Assembly: GCA_002633005.1 (NCBI GenBank)
Contig: NMRA01000477.1
Coordinates: 225,568 to 289,567 of the forward strand
Source of the DNA: Phoronis australis
Lineage: Eukaryota > Animalia > Phoronida
DNA length: 64,000 bases
Direction: 5' to 3'
The notes below the pieces were generated by a model. It was given only the letters and a program-made list of their open reading frames with translations, was not told the DNA's origin and ran no database searches. Within the stretch, counting starts at the first letter, position 1. Every line of letters starts with the position of its first letter. Shown here piece by piece: positions 26,701-41,700 of this stretch. The translations under genes were made by a program, and so were the position numbers.

Positions 26701-29700
26701 GTAGACAAACCTCATGATCCACTAAATGAAGATCATGTGATTATCACGAATGATGTGATTGCCAAAACAGCTGGCCTGCCAAAACAATTACCTTTCATCT
26801 TACTACGGGACTACAGTTTTTAATTACCAAGAAGAAGTGATAGCCGAGTGGTGGGTATTAAGTGTAAGGCATAGTGTGATAATTTGAAACAGGTGAAGTT
26901 TGCACAATAGACATATCACCTTCCAAGCAATGTCGTGGTGTTTGCTTCCAGAGAGCAAGTCTTGGATCTCCACGGTGATTGTTGTTGGGCTGTTGACAGT
27001 GATGTTGTTCTCCACTGGCAGTACGCCAACCTTCAGTTGTTGCTCGGCAACAGAGACTGTCACAGAGTTGGCTGAGAACTTTCCAGCAGCCTCGGCTGGA
27101 CTACTGATGGTGAAGTCAATGATGTAACCAGAACCACTGTGCGAGATGAGCAGATCAGTAAAGTTGAACCAACCATTCTTGTACGGTATGGTCGTAGTAC
27201 CTAGGAGCTTGGCACGGTTGTCGCTTCCAGAGTTGGCTCTCAGCTCAGCGGTCAGTGTCCATGGAGAAATGTTGGAGCCAAGAACTTTGACCACAGTGCC
27301 CTATAAAACAAAAAACACAAAATAGCTTTTTTATAATGAAATATACAGCAGCAGTTAATGATTTGTAATTAATTTCTTTCCATCTCCACTTGCAAGTTAT
27401 ATAAACATATTGCTTCTAATCCTTTGTTTAGCATAAAACTGCTGACCACATAGAAATATCAACACAGGCAGTACTCATAGAGCAAAAACCAAATGAACTA
27501 AAGAGCACACACTCTCACTGGATGGGAAGGGACCTACCTGACTGTCGTACACTTGAAGGCTTGGTTGAACAGACAGTGGAGACCCCTCTTGGACACCCAC
27601 GGGTTGAACCACCAGCTGCATGGAGGACGGAATCTGAACAGCAATTTGGAGGTTCCCATTGTCATTCTTCACCAGCTCATTCCACAAGGGGTCACTAGGT
27701 TTTGGCAGTGGTTCAACCACACTGACACTCAATACAGTTGTATTCAGGGCTTCACCAATCTTGCCAAGCTGCACAGCATTGATGAGGGCTGCGGAGGCAT
27801 TGACAAGACTTTCGTAACTCATGGCATCTGATGCAGTCTCATTGTACCCCACCTTATCTGAGGGCGCATCTCCAATCTCAATCTGTACAGCTGTGGATCC
27901 AGTGCTGCGCTTGCGCCGTCCATTCTCTCTCACCACGTTGACAATGCGAATCTTATTGGCTGGCACACCGAGGAACGTGGCCAAATTGTTGACGAGATTT
28001 GCACCGAAGAATTCGTCTATGGTCATCGGAGGAAGGTCAACAGACAGAGTGACCACCTCTTTAGCTTTGATATTGACAGGATCTTTGCCCCCTGATAGGA
28101 GAAACAGAATTACCAATTACCCTCGAAAAACAAATATCAACTACTGATAGTACAAAATTAACATTATTTTAGAAAACCAGAGATGATAATCATACCAAAG
28201 TATGCTAATCCGCTTCACACAACACACCATCATGACATGGGTGTCCCTCATGTGTCCACAGGTATGGACTTGGTTATGCTTTAGTCTGAAACACAGCACT
28301 TCTAAGGTGCAGGAACATGACTATGGACAGGTACCAACAAGTTACTCTCATTCACACATTACAATTACATTTTTTTGAAAAAGTCAATAAACACACACCA
28401 TATTGTCAAATAGGCCACGAATGTTTAGATTTGCCCTACTTGCTAGTTCTGCAATACCAAATTCAACATTTCCATTGACAGTGAAAAATTTCACAAGTAT
28501 GGTCCACACGACACCAGTGTTTGAAGATATAGCACCAAAAATGGTGTACTGAATTATTTCTTCGCTTCACAACCAATCAAAAATTCCTCACCTCTGACCA
28601 GGATGTGCAGAAGGTTGGTAGCACGGTCAAACCAGTTAGAACCGGACGGCATGTCAAACTTGGGTACATATTGGCCATCGTAAGTAGGGCTCTCCAAAGC
28701 ACCCTTGCCGTCGGCATTGGTTGGGTAGATGTACACGTCACCATTATACACATCCAATCGTAGTGGAGTGGAGAAATAAACCTTGATGAGAACAGCGTCT
28801 GTACTGGCAGCATTCAACAGTGAATAACGCAACTTCTGAGGGCTGACTCCAGTAAAGTACATGTCATAGGTTCGATCTGAAACATGAGAAGTGCTACTGA
28901 TGAAAAGCATTACGGCGCTGATTCAAAATTAAATGAAATATAAATAATACAATGTAATGAGAACATTAATTACAAATGACGGCTCCGGTATTGGTAAGCC
29001 AAAGCCGAGTTAAACGCGCATATTGAAGAGGAAATTCCAACTAACCTATACAATATTATAGAACTCCACCTGATGTTGTGGAGCTAATTAAGAAAGGGTC
29101 ACAAAACTCTCCAGGTCATGATCCTTATACTACGAAAATACGCAGCTTAAAATGATTTCTAAAACCTTGTTGACCAAAGAAATTCAAAGATCTAAGACAT
29201 TTTTGCAAGCAGTACTGGCAACTGACAGGAGAGCAGTTTGACACAATTAGTTCTTGTTAACTAAATGGCAGCTATTGTGTTCACATAAGGAATCTTCTAC
29301 CTTCATTTGATGATCAAACGATTGTAGATTTTCACCTGGCTTAGATATGCCACGTGAAAAAGTCAAGTTCCATTATTTAAGACCAACTTTGAAGAGAAGC
29401 TTTAAGTCATCGATCACTGTCTAGTGACATGTAAGAAATCGTGATAGGCATAAGTATCTAACCACCGTATTTTTATGCATATTTTAACTATCAATTCCAA
29501 CTTACTGGGTTAAGTCTGTAACAACTTACTACAATTGTTACTTCTTACCAAGCTCAGAATTATCCAGCAATTTCTAGAAAGACAATCGTTGTTTTTAAGG
29601 ACATGAAAATTTGACAAGGGCGAGCAAAAAGGAAGCAAAACTTACTCATTGCCATCAATGCGTGGAATGTCGAAATTCTCTTGAGGCATGTGTACCCTGT

Positions 29701-32700
29701 ACACACAGACTGGTCCTGACCACTGTTTAACAAGTCAATATAGCCACCGGTTGCTATGGCAACTGGCGAAATACGTCGTATCTCCGTGTCCTCATCCATA
29801 CTCTCGATGATGGCGATTTTATAGTTAATACCCACACACTTATAGGCGTTCCAGGACGTCTTGAACGTACACTCGCCGTTGTTACCTCGGTAATGACCTG
29901 GATAAAATTTTGTAATCATAGCACTTAGACTTTAGCAAAGGTACCCCAAGATAAAACCATAAGGTTCTCTCAGTGTCCTAATGGAGGAGACCTCCTCTGC
30001 ACTTTCAGTTAAGACAAGAGCTGAAAAGACAAAATCTTGATTTTCATTCCGCCAATTTTAGACATTGTATGAAGCTGTACACGAAGGGTATCAAAAAACT
30101 GACAGTCATTCCATCTTGTAACAACATTAAATAACTGGCTAATTTAATGCACTTCATGAATCACCATTTATTTAGTATTTATTGAGGGTAAACCCGATCA
30201 GTTTTCACTGCTTTCCACGAGGGTCCTCAAAGCATGACTGTCTAGATGGAGCATGCAGAAAACTGAATGTTTCAAACAGATTATTTTAAGCAGTTACGAT
30301 ACCTTTGTTTGGGAACAGGTCCTTAACTTCCAGTTTAGCACCAGTCTTTGCATCAGTTAACATGGCCTTGGGAATGCGATAGTCACCCAAGCCCCAGCTT
30401 GGATTACCATCCCACTCATCCTCAGACTTAGATATGACAGCGACAGGACCCTGAGGTGCTGGGCTGCTAGTGCCGCAGGTGTAGAACGTTCCATCCTGGT
30501 CGTTGATGAACAGCTGTTTCATACCGTCACAGATCATGTCCACACAGTCCCACAGCTGGACCAGGCTGGAAAAACAATTTGTTAAAGTTGCATTAACGCC
30601 TTTCCACACACTGCAGTCTAAATAAGAAAACTATCAAATCATTAATCCAAATCACTTTCAGTAAGCCACAGAAATGAACCAAAAGGGTCCGGTTTTGGAA
30701 TGCCTGGACAGCCCTTCAAAAGTATGGATTTCAACAGATGGCGCTCTACTTGGCTTTTAAGTAACACTTGCCACCAGTCATTAGCACTCCTTGACACCAT
30801 TTTTTTGAAGTTCCTGCCCTGCAACTTTTAATGGCCTGTTTGAGCAAAAATTATACAATGACCAACAATGATTTATCATAGTTGATAGTATATAGTAGTG
30901 AGAATTATGGGACAAGGGACCTTTTCCACACCATTGTCATTACAAACCTACTAATAAAATGCATCACAAAACACCTGTCAAAATATCACCCTTCTAACAA
31001 TTTGAAGCCAAATTTTTTTCAAAAGAAACAATGAAAGACGATGACAAGAAATTCATTGACATGCTAATTATTTTGCAATCGAGTGTAATTTTAAGTAATA
31101 AAAAAATTCATTAATAATATTTAAAAGATTTAAAAATATGGACAATTTTTTGAGACCTCTGTGCCATATGACATGAAACAGTCCCAAAAAGGAGTCGACT
31201 ATGGTCCCTGAGTGATTGAACAGCCACGCCAGAATGTTGAATTATGGGTACGAGTCTGGCATGTAACTACCCTTGTATTAAACTGTAACACGACAGATGA
31301 CTTCGGTGGAGTTGCAGCATAACATAATTCCACAAAACTCCAACTCACCTGACATCTGATGTGTCATACTTGACCTTTGCCTTTTCGCTGACCTTTTCAC
31401 AAGTGATCTTACTGGTCTTGACTGGGAACTGGAAGTCATCGTTCTTTGGGTTAGATACAACCATAGCATCCTTCTTGTCAACACAAACGTTATCCAAGAA
31501 GTTCTTGAATGTGACATCTGCAAAGGCATGCGATTCAGTACATCTGTACTCATAAATTTTTTTCAACTAACTGTGCTTAAATTAGCAACTGTGTACTAAA
31601 TGTTTAAATTCCCCCCTGAAGAACCATTTAACTCTCGCTGCTAGTTTTTAGAACAAATATTTGAAGAGCCAATTAAATTTTCAGGAAACTTTGACGGCGT
31701 TTTGAATTAGTCATTTATGAAGAATAAATCTACACCAAAGAGAAAGTAACTTGCTTTTCTCATATTTAGAACCTTACTCACCAACATATTATCAACAGTT
31801 GCTAAGAATGTATGACTTCTTATCAACACATCAATTACTGCTAGCAATGCATATAACATCTCATCAACACCAAATCTCCAACTCCGGCAAAAATTATGAA
31901 TTCTCAACAACACGTTATCAACAGCTGCTATCTATACACGAGTTTTTATCAACACATTACCAATAGTTGCTAACGATGCATTATCAACAGTTGTTAACAA
32001 CGTTTGACTTCTCACCAAAGTATCATCCACATATCATCAGGAGCTGCTAACAGTGAGGCCTTTTCATCATATTGCAAACAATATACAACTTAATGTAAAC
32101 ATCACCTACTAACAATACAAGTTCTCAACAACGGATCACCCACAACTGAAACAATTAACAGCTTCTCACCAGCAACAATTTCATATCAACATGTCACCAA
32201 CAGCAGCTTTCATCACTGTTAATCTCTCAACATTACATCACCAATAATTGCTTACATTTAACAACACCAAAACCATACCTGTCACCTGCATACCACCACA
32301 CAACGTTGGATAGGACTTAATCTTCGTCCAAGGTTTAAACGGCATGCCATTTTCCTTTGCCAGGAATGTAGGGAACATTATACCTGGATACAAGAACCAT
32401 GAATAGATTTTAGCTTCTAACTTCATGTTCTTACACTCAATCAACAATTCTTATCTCATTTCACAGAACCACTTAGTCGCATAACAAAACATTCATTTGA
32501 AACTACCGTCGGTATTTTTATGATGATCAGCTCATGGTAATGAAAGTGGGCAGCTCCAAAAAATGGAGCTTATATCAGTCATTCGCTTAGAAGCCAATGG
32601 TCTTGTACAAGACATTCGTGTACAAGCCTTCTAAAACATTTGTGGATACAATTTACCTAGTGACAGGGTGCAAGTGATGAAAGAAATTGATTTAACATGG

Positions 32701-35700
32701 GAGGAGAGACAAAAGAGGGATGGCTTAATTCACTTGAGCAGGTGACTACGTTAATACACATGAAAATGTAGGGATGGGCTCATATCCACGTGAGTTAAAC
32801 ACAAGAGCAACCCAAAAGCGGTGGTGAGCTTAGGCCCGAATGGAAACGGTAAGACCTTTAAGTTGTGTAATATTACTATGTTTCTTGCCAAGTGCTGTTG
32901 CATGAGAGAAAAAATATCTAAAAGTTAGAACACAATCCATTTCTCGAATTCCCTTTTTCCATTTTCCAAGAAGCTTAGTCAAATCATACTTCAGTAAACA
33001 TGGTGAAAAGATATTGCAAGTTTGCTTCTAGTGTATTAAACTAATTCAGATAAGATATCGGATTGAAGAAAATTATTTCCAGTTCTTTGAAGCAGAGCCA
33101 CAATTGCACTAGATCGAGCTGTACGGCTTGTGACATGATCAGAATCGGATTCCATCAAAATTCACTCATCAAATCGTTTCATTTCAACTGACAAGTTATT
33201 TCATTCAGGTGCAATTCCACAAAAAATAATGATGACTGAATGCCATTGAATCTTACCCGCAGCAGCTAATCCGGTTTTGTAATAGCCTGGAGCACGAGCT
33301 TGCATTGAATTTCGCATAGTCTTAATAGTGAGGTCCGGCTTATCAGTCTTGCAGTCGTATGAACTGGTCGTACCATACAGTGTTGACTTGGACACGTTTA
33401 CAAACTTATTCACGCACTCATTGGTCAAGGGGTCAGGAGAGTAAATCATAGTTGCTAGACCAGCTCCATTTTCTGCCAGAACCAAATCTCGTACGACCAG
33501 TGACGAGTCCGTCTAAAATTTAAAAGATTGACAATGTTATTATGACTTTAAGTCAAAGATTTTATATTTTGAACACTGGAATCTTGAATGACAAATGAAT
33601 AAAAATCTTATTTCAGGAATTTAATAAGACCATGGACACTTCCTACAATCATTTTGATGTAGTCCATGGTCATCAAAATTGAGTATCCCATTATTACAAA
33701 GAAGAACAGGGAATTCCCCTTCGGTACCTATGCACAGTATTACCACATGTTCAGTCCATTTCAGAAAAATTCTATCTCATTCTGCGAAGTGCCAGTGTCG
33801 GGCTGGTTGCAATGATTCATTGCATTTTGGACCATATTACATAATATCCAATCTATTAGACTTATCAGTTTTCACAAATTTATGTGTTGGTTTGACCATA
33901 TTTTGACTTAATTCTATAATTAAACCTCACGCAAGAATATGATGAACATGTTGGTGTTTCAAGCAAAATGTCACTTCTTAATTTGCAAACCAAGAAAAAT
34001 GAGAAATAGTTTGCACTTAGACAGTACGTTTGCAGCGGAGGCAAAAAGCACACAAAATGTGGGTAAAATGCCAAATGTGATTTTTACCTGAAAGTAGACA
34101 CCATAGTCAAATGCTCTGTACACAAAAAAATTTGAAAGCCTGCAGCAAGTTTCCTGCACATTACTGTGCGGGAACACGGCGACGCCTGTCATCAGAGAAT
34201 GTGCCACATTGCCCTCGAAGTTAGCGGTCTCGTCACACTTCTCAGGGTGTACGTGGTATCCGACACGTTCCGCTCCAGCGACCACATTATGTCTCAGCCT
34301 AAGATTTTTAGTGGGTACGGCCTCAACAGCAGCATCAAACTGAAGGCTGGATGCCTCATAACGACCGTTCCAACCTCCCTGCCACATATCACCCATCATC
34401 AAGTTGTTGCTGATGGTAATGTTTTCTCCTTCCACGCGGATTGCTGCAACAGACAAACATGCAAAATTATGAACAAAGGATTAAGTGCTATTCCTGCAGG
34501 AAACACGGGATAAATAAGGACAAGGGGAGCATTTGGACCTTGAAGTTTCCAACCAAACTAACACCATCCAAAGTGAAACTCTGCCAAATCTACGAACACT
34601 ATGTCAAACAAAACGCATATGTAGCACCTAAAAAGTGAAAAAGATATGTGTTATGCTAAAGCTATATAACTAATGTGTGAAATAATTAGTAGTTTTAAGT
34701 GTTTGCAAAGAGTAAATCTGAGTTACGATTTAAAAATCGTAACTCAGATTTACTCTTTGCAAACACTCACAGCACCTTTCCTCACAACAGTGTGAACAAA
34801 ATGATTTTATACAAGTTCACTCGCAATGACTTGATAACCAAGGATGATTGAAAGAGATGAGCAAACTGAATTTGTACTGGACTGCCACACAAAATGTAGC
34901 TTTCAATCGCGACTTGAAAATGATTTGATCCTCAGGGAAAAACAAGAGAGCGCCACAACTTGACCCCCGCTTAAAGTAACTCAAAAAACAGACCTCCTCC
35001 CACAGTCCCCATGATGGTACTGCCGTGAATCTTGAGATTGTCAGCCCCGAAGGCACCAATGCATGGTGAGTACGTGTCAACGCACGAGGCACCCGTGATG
35101 TACGATGGTCGGATACCATCCACTTTGGCGGGGTTCACATATGCGACGGTGAAACGAGGGTCAGTGCTCTCTGTGAATCCTTCCTGACCTGTCTGGTAGA
35201 AGGCTACATCTTTGATGCGAGCGAATCCTGAAAAATACCAAAAAATAGCACATACATGTACAAAGTACTTGAAATCAAAACTAAGTATATCAAGTAAACC
35301 AGAGGAATTGACAATCACGACAAGGACATCTAACGTACAGTCGTGGTATTCTTGGCAGGTGCTCTGTGGACCAATCCACTCAGACACATTGTCAGACACA
35401 GTGAATTATATAAACTAAAACAGGCTCTGATAGGAATTTTGCAAGAAAATATCTGCATCCAGAGGCGGATTTAGGGGGCGGCCAAGGGGGCCATGGCACC
35501 CCCCCTAAAATTCTCCCAGATACTATTAGGCAGTTCAGGGTGCGAATTGCTGAGTAGCATGTGTGCACACCAAGGGGGGCTCGGGGGGGCGAATGAACAA
35601 TGCATAGGCCTTGAACAAACCCCGTTTACTGTAATTTTTTTTTAGTAATGAGGTCTACAAACCCAAAAATTCGAGACCCCTGCATCCCTACATTTTAGGC

Positions 35701-38700
35701 TGGGCGCACCTGTGCGGCAAAATTCTGGTTATACCTGTACCCTGCCCCCCCAACTCAAAATCCTGGATCCAACCATGGTACCAGATATGGATATTCAAAT
35801 GCATAGCAATGAGAAGTCATTAATGCGACTGCAACTAAATCTTCAGTCTGACAACTTTGATTGTTAATAAGATCCCCTGCCTAGAATGCATGCTGCAATT
35901 ATCATTTGATAAGAGTGAAACCCACAGTACAAGACACATGTCTTACCATTGTAATTTTTTGATCCAAGACTCATTGATGATACCAAAATGCGAGTGCCGA
36001 ACCCGATGGAGTGTGTGGCATGACTCTGGAACTTGATGTTACGTGTCAACACGGCCACTTCAGCAGCTTGAAAGTAGATGTCACCTTCGAACGCAACTGA
36101 CGACCCTGACAAAGTAAATACAGCCGATTTCAGATGACATTCGACAGACATAATAAAACACAGTGCATACTTCAGTCAGAACTGATAGTCAACTACTCCT
36201 GAAGCTCAGTGCATGGATAACAGAATATAATGCAATGAAAAGTACTGATCGAATGTGTTCATCTTCAACTTTCTCACAGCTTTTCACTAGTCACAAGAGT
36301 ATATAACCAACAACATACAATGCCATGCGCCAGCACCATCTATAATGTAAAATACCAGTACTTGTCAAAGAGTGATCACTACTGCTCACTTTGATATGCA
36401 TAATTTTTATGTCTCAAAGTAAAGTAATGTAAAGGAATGATATTTTTGTGAATGTTATATTGAACAAATACCAACACATGCAATACAATCACACAACACA
36501 ATCTGCAACACAATCACACAACACAATCTGCAACACAATCACACAGCACACGCAACACAATCACACAACACACGCAACACAATCACACAACACACACAAC
36601 ACAATCACACAACACACGCAACACAATCACACAACACATGCAACACAATCACACAACACAACACATGCAAAACCATCAAACAACACAATTTTACCGATAT
36701 GCCTGAAGTCCAATGCCCTGTCAAGGGTAAGTGTTTTCTTGTTCTCTATCTTTGCGATGACTCTCCTCTCATTCTCTGCAGGCCTGAAGCTAGTGGAGGC
36801 AATGGCTATCTCGTCACCAACTTTCCAATCGACCTCATCCTTGAGCTGAATAACCGTTGCCCCAGCTGTCACTGTCACAGCAAGGTGCGTGTACCGAGGC
36901 TTGGGTGGAATGCCGTGGAGATCAAGGCCACCAAACACGCCTGCAAAAATAAATATAAAACGTGTCCGCTTTAGGCAAGACAATTTCTCACTAAAACAGA
37001 TCATCATAATGGCAATGGATATGCCATGATATTATCTACACTAAGACACATAATGATGACAACAAGTTGACAACATCGTCAACTTTTCTGAACTCCTGAA
37101 GTTCACACAAAATGCTTTTTTGATGATTGAATTACAGTAGACTGTTCTACAATTATAATACAGTAATACTTAAAAGAGAACCTTGCTTTTGTTGAAGGTG
37201 TTTGTGGCTATTTTGGCACATTTCCTTCATAGATACAAAAACATTGGTGCTTTTATTTGCCAGTATTTATTGGCGTAAGGAAACATTAGGTGCTTTTGAA
37301 CTTGAATGCTCAGATGTACAATGACATGATAAAATTAAACCATTTCAAAACAAATCCCCATTGACAGTCAACATTAATAAAAGAGAAATAACGCAATGAA
37401 TTTTGTATTTTCACAATGCCACTTATTATGACATCAAAAGCATACTACCCAAACAGCAAGTCTTGATTCCACCTTCCATACAGTATAGATTTTGTACACT
37501 CCTGAACAGTAACTAAGCTCAGCAACCTAAATGTTGGACTTCATTTCGATAGATCAACATTCGGCTGTGGGGTGCTGTAAAATCTGACTAAGTAACAAAA
37601 TTAAAGATTAGTGGAGAATGAACATTTATCAACAGCCAAATGAAAAAGCTTTAAGTAGCACCATCGGCTGATCACTCCAACTTACCAATTGCATTGTTCC
37701 CGATGGGCGGGCCTCTGTAGACATTGTTGCCACTACGCTTCGTTCGAGGTGCGATTCGCTCCTCTACAAGCTGGCCGTAGTTTTGCCCTGAAGTCTTTAT
37801 GGTCACCTTGTTCTTGAACAGCTTGTCCTCCCATCCAACCACAATACGACCAAGAATGACAATGTCCTCAGCCTCTAGTTTATGTTCTCCTGAGTCATCC
37901 AGCTCCAAGTTACCCTCCACCTTAAGCATCTTCATTTTAGGTAAAGCTTCATTTGGATACCGTACGACCCACTTATCTGTAAAACAGACAGGAGTCAGTT
38001 GCTATGCTCCACACAAGTAATGACAAATTGTCAGAGGCAAACAAACTTATACAGAAAAAAGAGCAACGCAAAGCGTTGAAATGCACCCATGAATGCACGG
38101 CAGACAGTGTGCTTCTTGGGGTGTTTATTTGTATCATAAGAGTGGCCACTAGATGGCGCAAAATACATCGAATCCATCCAAAAATGGGAACATGCCATCG
38201 TTTTTTAATAGAAAGATATTTATTGAATTTCATAAAAATCCATAAAGGAACTTCAAAGAAACGGAGGAAAACGGAAAAAATGAAATTGCCACTAGGGGGC
38301 ACAGCATTCGTCAGATATGTCTGAAAGTAGTTGTCATCCGTTGTCAACTTCATATTAAAAATACATTTGCTAAATTTAATTAAACATCCAGCAGAGTGTT
38401 TAGGAGATACAGGTATGGGCGCAAAAAAAAACAACAAAACTGCCACTAGGAGGGGCCACAGTAGTCCAAGTTGTCAGAAAATCGTCAGTCCTCCCCTTCA
38501 CATTAGGAAGATACAAGGCAATTTCCACAATCATTCTTAGAGTGGTTTGGTTGACAGAGGGGCAGATGCCAAAAAACAGACTCAAAAACAGTAATAATGG
38601 ACACTATGTGATGCAAAATACCTCGAATACAACCGAAACGCAGAGGATAGCCTATTTGCTAAATTTCATGAAAAACCGTTGACAAGATAAAGACTGATGA

Positions 38701-41700
38701 GGTATAAGTAAAAAAAAATTGCCAAAAGGGGCATACCGATAGTCCGATCAAACAAAATTACAATGCAATTGCTTTTGAATAAACACCAAAAAATTAATGT
38801 TTAGTCACTAAACCTTCCAGGTAATATCATCCTATAATCAATATAACATAGGTTAAAACACGCAACAAAAAACACTTAGATGAAAGATATTCAAATCGGA
38901 GAATACAATATATGATCTGGCTATTACAATAAAACTTAATGACAAAAAACGAACCTTCTGGAATGACCAGGTCATTGCCATCGCTGAATGGACCATTTTC
39001 CTTGGCAAATTCTGTAAACGAGATCGCATTAGGAGGCCGTTCTCTCACGGGTGGTAAGCTCTGTGGGTCCGGAGGAGGCTCGCAATTAGGATAGAAACAG
39101 CGGTACGCTTTGACGTCTAGCTCAAAGTCGACAGGATATGTTAGTGTCTTCCCAGCAGGCTGCTTTCCAGAAACTGAAAACAAAAAATACACCGTCTAAG
39201 CTAATGTTTGAACGCTTACAGTTACATTTTTCTTTGTCAGAAACTTTTCACCTAGTTTTAAAGTGTTGTCAACGTTTTCAAATAAAGCCCACAAAACGAG
39301 CATTGGAGAGCGCATTAAAGCTTTCACAACTGTCTGAAAACATCTCTTCAGTGGAAATCACCAACAGGAGGAGATGTTTGGAACATGGTCAGTGCTCCAC
39401 ACACAGCTCAACTTCAACTCGCCAAGTGCGACTAGGCGCAAATCCCAGGTTAACAAAAGAAAATTAAAGTTGCCAAAACTGAGATGGGAGGTTGAAGACA
39501 GAAAAAAAAAAACTGTTGTCGCCATTATTGAAAATAATACGTATCTGCTCCATTTCTTCTATTTATCATTTGCTGGGTATTGCAGTCACTGTGTCAGACG
39601 ATCCAAGGCTGTCGTTTTTTTCCATCAATCAATGGTAACGACTCTACGATCACTTAAAACCTGTTTACCCAAGCTGGAAATTTATTCAGATCATATTTCC
39701 GACTTCTGTTTTGATTTGCTTACCCAAAATGAATTCCTCTTATCAACGGAGAACGCAGACAACCCGAAACACCGGAGGCACATGTTTCATTATCCAACCT
39801 CACCCGATTTTTGCCTGACAATTCCATTTTTCGTCTGTTTACTTCCTGTTGTAATTTTAGTATGTGTTTGATATGTGCGGACTACTTAGTGTGGCTACTA
39901 CACTGATTTCACGACAGAAACAGAAGAATTGTGAACCAAAGGTACCGAATCGAGGAAAACTAATAATGTTCCAAAGTCACCACAGATTTTGAAGTAAATT
40001 TCGTGTGAATCATTGTTAGTCTTTTGTACTCGCAGTGGCGACTTGGGATTTTTCCCAGGTCAACAACTACAATCTGAGGTCATGGATTTGCCAGCTGCAG
40101 GTCGCCAAACTGAGCACTGACAGTAAGTACATTTATGGGGAGAGAATTTGATAGTGTTTTGTATGCTTTTGAAAAATTAATGCTGAAAACTACGAATGAT
40201 TCCAAAACAATTTGTATCACTTGTAAGACTTCTTACTGATGTAGCAAAACTTCTTTTCCTGCGCGTCATACGTCCAGTCCCCATTGGCATGGTCCTTGTA
40301 AGTCAGGGGTGCATCACTTATTTTTCTGTCTTCTTTGTCTCCTTGTAGAATAAAGACACGGTCAGGCATCAAAGGTGCGTATTGGCAGATAACGATCCAG
40401 TCCTTCTCCTGTAAGTAACAAGACAGATTTCAGCACACCTCATACCACATACAGTGAACAGATGACACAGAGGGGCACAGACACAGAAAAAGTAAGAGCC
40501 TGGCAGTGCTTTGAACAAACTTAAGCAATAAATTCCAACCGCGATCGCTACGGAGAAAATTCTTCATTTTGAGACGCAAAATGATGGACAAGTTATCTTG
40601 TCAAATTTCCCAGTAACAACGAAACTTAGATATTGGCACGATTTGTACGGTGGAGCTGACATCAAACAATGGTAAATAGCATTTGCAGTGATGCAGAATG
40701 CCTATGAAAACAGTGAAAACTGGTCTTGCTTCTCACCTCAATGCGGCTGAAGCGTCCAGTATAGGTGATGTTGAAAGGGGTGCAGCTTTCCCAGCTGATT
40801 GTGTTAACCTGACCAATCACCAGGTCAAACATCCATCCAGGGATATGGGTCATACGCTTTTTACCCCATGGTACGGAGTCATTTCCAAAAGAGTTGGTAG
40901 CAGTCATTGGCTTGTAGTTACACTCGTCCGGAGTTTCGACTTTCACGGCAAATCGAGTAATTTTCACCGAGGGCTGACACAGACAGGATTGGACATTGAT
41001 GCTGTAGTCTGAAATGGGTTTGCAGTTGTCAGAAGGTAGAGTTTTCAGACAGGGAAGGATCCTTGATCCGGGTGACGAGTTATCAGCTAATGTTCCATCC
41101 AAGTCATTTAGTACTGTCTCGTGTGTCCATTCCCAATGGCCACGTTTGGGCGAGTCAACAAATGATATTTTGTTGAACATTGCATCATAGCCACCACACC
41201 AGACTGCGCATGTACAGTGGATGCGAGTGACCGCCAAAACAGACGAGCCATTATACTTGAAGTTGACAAACTCCGTGCTCTCCACATACTGGCCATCAGA
41301 GAAAGGCATGATAATGCCATACTCATAGTGACCATCCAAACGCTTTTCATTTTCTTCGCAAGCGATGACCGTAGAGTTCGATATCAGAGCTTTACCTCCT
41401 GTCTCACGTACACGTTTACCCTCAAAGCCAGCTCTCTCGTTACAATAAACGACAAAGTTGTCAAACGTGATCTGACCAGCGTTGACAAACTCCGCCCCCT
41501 TCTCATTGTGCCAGGCAACAAAATCTCGAAACACTGCGGGGATCAGAGCTCCATCAGGTTTACCCCCCTCCCGAGGAATGTACCACTCGAAGATCCAAAG
41601 ACCAAACCAACCATTTGAATGAGCTGTATTGTTTTGGAACACTCCTAGAGGTTCATGTTGGGGGTAAATGGATTCGTCAAATGATGGACCGTCAGGGTGC

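Noticed and set aside
36448-36849. 133-aa His/Thr-rich plus-strand ORF
   Set aside because: Translation of a CA-rich minisatellite plus the antisense of a real exon
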